This document shows, one piece after another, positions 61,828 to 64,000 of a stretch of 64,000 bases of DNA. The number at the start of each line of letters is the position of its first letter. Within the stretch, counting starts at the first letter, position 1. Under the pieces are notes generated by a model. That model did not search any database. It was not told the origin of the DNA and saw nothing but the letters and a program-made list of their open reading frames with translations. The stretch spans positions 14,791 through 78,790 of the forward strand of contig CAYTJW010000001.1 in the NCBI GenBank assembly GCA_964438135.1, given 5' to 3'. Position numbers and translations under genes: made by a program. Source of the DNA: an uncultured Thermoanaerobaculia bacterium. GTDB taxonomy: Bacteria > Acidobacteriota > Thermoanaerobaculia > Thermoanaerobaculales > Sulfomarinibacteraceae.

Positions 61828-62435
61828 TGGGTGAAGGAACAGCGTTGCTGATTGCCGGTGGCGTTTCCGCCCTGGCTTCCATCGGCTCTGGCTATATGGC
61901 AAGCGCGGCTACGGCAGCGCAGGGCCGCAACTTGGCGAACCTGCAACGCGCTCAGGCGCAGCAGCAAGCGGCCATTCTCCGGTCGAATGCCGACAAGTCA
62001 ATGCTCGACAAGAGGGCGATGGAGGTCAAGGCTTCGATCGAGAAGCGGGAACTCCAGCGCAGGAACAAGATCGCGCAGGGTGAGCGTCTTGTGGCCGCAG
62101 CCGGCTCGGGATTCGAGATCAACGGGACCACCATCCAGGATGTCCTGGATCTCGAAAAGAGTCACGACGCGCTCGGCGAAGCGACGCTCGGGTGGGAGTG
62201 GAAGAACCGGATCTCGCGCAAGCTCGACGAAGCGAACGTCGCATTGTCCGACGCCAAGGTCACGGAGCAACTCGGAACCGCGACGGCCAACGCGACGCAG
62301 TCTTCGGCCTACGCCCAGGCTTCGGCGCAGTCCTGGGGCGGCATCTTCGGCGGGCTCTCCGACGCCGCAGGAGCCGGCGCGAAGGCTTACGCGAATTGGG
62401 ACGCTGACGACAAGAAGTTTTGGGGGCAACCATGA
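61827..62435 (+). CDS. Internal virion protein (202 aa)
   Basis: Exact duplicate of 18218-18826. Confidence 0.5.
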   Translation: MGEGTALLIAGGVSALASIGSGYMASAATAAQGRNLANLQRAQAQQQAAILRSNADKSMLDKRAMEVKASIEKRELQRRNKIAQGERLVAAAGSGFEINGTTIQDVLDLEKSHDALGEATLGWEWKNRISRKLDEANVALSDAKVTEQLGTATANATQSSAYAQASAQSWGGIFGGLSDAAGAGAKAYANWDADDKKFWGQP

Positions 62436-63688
62436 GCAAGAAGGGCGCGATCGATCTCTCTCAGGGCGCAAAGATGCTTGAGGGAGGGCGCGAGGATTTC
62501 AAGGACGCCAGCGTCATCCCGGCTGCGCAGGGGTTCACGAACCTCTTTCACGCTGTTTCCAACTACGACGCCGGCCGCGAGGCCGAGCGGCTTGGCGCTC
62601 GTGTGCGCGGCTCCATGCGCGAGATCCAGGCGGCAAGCTCCGAGTATTACGACAAGAAGAACGACCTCGAAGACTTTCGGATACGCGCCGGAATAGAGTC
62701 CGAGATCTCGCAGTTCTCATCGGAGATCAGGAATGAGATCAAGGCGTCGCAGGGCACGAATGCGGACGGGCTTCACGAGAAGATCTCAAAGAAGTGGAGC
62801 GAGTTCTCGACGCGCTTCGACGAGCGCCTGACGCAGTTCAACGATCCGAAGGTCGCAGAAGCGGTGAAGCTCCGCATCGGCGAGTCTCAGATTCGCGACA
62901 TCTCCGACGCCCTCGGCCAGCAGAACGAGGAGGGTGTGAAGGTCGCTGAGCAGGACTTCCGCGCCGCCCTGGACCGGGTCAAGCTGGCAGCGAAGAAAAA
63001 CCCTTCGCTCGTGTTCGCGGAAGGCGGCGGGTCCGAGTTCATGTCGGCGCAGGAGCTTGGCGGCCTGCTTGTCCGAGCCGGGGCCAGCCCCGCACTGATC
63101 GCGGTGTCGCTCGACAAGGCCCGCCGCGAGGCGGCGTCTTCCGCGTTCGGCACCGAACTCGATCTTGCCCAGGCCGAAGGCTACAAGACCGGCTCCATGG
63201 ACGCTGCGAACTCCGTTGTCGAGCGGTATCGCGGGATGGTTGACGATGACGTGCTTGCAGCCGCGAAGAAGCAGAACGAGTACGCGAACAACGCGCTCAA
63301 GAAACAGCGCGACTTCGACAACCGGCTTGAAGGGAGCGACATGATCGCAGCCGGCGGTGCGACGTTTTCGCAGAACATATCCGAGATCAAACAGTTCCTC
63401 GGTGGCAATCCGTATGAGGTCCAAAAAGGCTTGCGCGACCAAGCGCAGTTCAAGGCTTTGCAGGATCGCGTGTCAGCAGCCCGTGACGCTGCGCGGATGC
63501 GCTCGGAAGGATACAAAAAGAAGGGCATGGTCGATGCCGCTGATGCCTCGCTGAAAAAAGACGAGGAGGAGATTTCCTTCGTGAGCGCCCTCATGCTGCG
63601 CCTCGCTGCGCAGGGAATGTCCAAGCCTTCGCTGTCGCAGGATAAGAGCATTCTCGGTCCTGACTTTCTGATGGAGGAAGGCAAGTGA
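62432..63688 (+). CDS. Internal virion / ejection protein (418 aa)
   Basis: Exact duplicate of 18823-20079. Confidence 0.5.
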   Translation: MSKKGAIDLSQGAKMLEGGREDFKDASVIPAAQGFTNLFHAVSNYDAGREAERLGARVRGSMREIQAASSEYYDKKNDLEDFRIRAGIESEISQFSSEIRNEIKASQGTNADGLHEKISKKWSEFSTRFDERLTQFNDPKVAEAVKLRIGESQIRDISDALGQQNEEGVKVAEQDFRAALDRVKLAAKKNPSLVFAEGGGSEFMSAQELGGLLVRAGASPALIAVSLDKARREAASSAFGTELDLAQAEGYKTGSMDAANSVVERYRGMVDDDVLAAAKKQNEYANNALKKQRDFDNRLEGSDMIAAGGATFSQNISEIKQFLGGNPYEVQKGLRDQAQFKALQDRVSAARDAARMRSEGYKKKGMVDAADASLKKDEEEISFVSALMLRLAAQGMSKPSLSQDKSILGPDFLMEEGK

Positions 63689-64000
63689 ACGAAACAACGG
63701 ATGCCATAGTCCAGATGCGCGTCGATGCCGTCATGCGGTCCATGGCGGCTCAGCGCGTCAAGGCGTTCCAGGATGACCCCGCCGGAGTCTTCGGTGACGA
63801 GGCCAGGGAGTCCGTCATCAACGACTTGTCCGGCGGCGACCCGGCTTCCGCCGATAAGATTCGTGTCGAGGTCCTCGGCGGAATGCACGGAGACATCGTC
63901 GCCCGCCGCAACATGGACTTGCAGCGCGAGTACGCCTCTGACCCGACGTACATGCCGAGGCTGTTCTCCAGATCGGAGCGGGCCAACATCGGCATGGCGC
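63685..64000 (+). CDS. Internal virion / ejection protein, 5' part only (truncated by the window end)
   Basis: Duplicate of the start of 20076-21617. Confidence 0.5.
   Translation, partial: MNETTDAIVQMRVDAVMRSMAAQRVKAFQDDPAGVFGDEARESVINDLSGGDPASADKIRVEVLGGMHGDIVARRNMDLQREYASDPTYMPRLFSRSERANIGMA

Larger units (their letters stand above)
43610..64000. repeat. Second copy of the 20,391-bp exact direct repeat
   Basis: Same as 1-20391, shifted by +43609. Confidence 0.95.

Overview
This GC-rich window (GC not computed) is not 64 kb of unique DNA. Positions 1-20391 recur at 43610-64000. Every ORF-track entry in that span reappears at +43609 with an identical translation, and I spot-checked the junction nucleotides. 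The window is therefore about 1.47 head-to-tail copies of one 43,609-bp unit.

The unit reads as a complete tailed-phage genome of podovirus type, with two divergent transcription units.
- They leave an ~840-bp control region (6703-7539) and converge on a hairpin terminator at about 32.02-32.06 kb.
- The rightward (+) late operon runs TerL, two GNAT-like proteins, a gp7.3-like protein, a T7-type portal, scaffold, major capsid, a decoration-like protein, tubular proteins A and B, five large internal/ejection proteins, the tail fibre and a lysis cassette.
- The leftward (-) early operon wraps through the unit junction. It encodes many small Cys-rich, membrane or acidic proteins, one tRNA, SSB, DUF4326, a clamp-like protein, DUF932, an SNF2 helicase, an HTH protein, a Gp157-like protein, PrimPol, an SF1 helicase, VRR-NUC and a MazG/DUF1599-like protein.

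I recognise no RNA polymerase, DNA polymerase, integrase, clear small terminase, CRISPR array or reverse transcriptase.

Genes are tightly packed, with ATGA, GTGA and TGATG overlaps and strong GGAGG-type ribosome-binding sites. The long ORFs antisense to real genes are GC-driven shadow ORFs.

Functional calls come from motif recognition by eye; no database search was possible. The most interesting items are:
- the concatemeric or circular structure of the window;
- an atypical phage tRNA;
- repeated gene-junction cassettes in the early region;
- a late-operon leader with a promoter followed by a terminator-like hairpin, then an AT-rich repeat island;
- a moron-like promoter-gene-terminator unit;
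- about 9.8 kb of uncharacterised ejection proteins.
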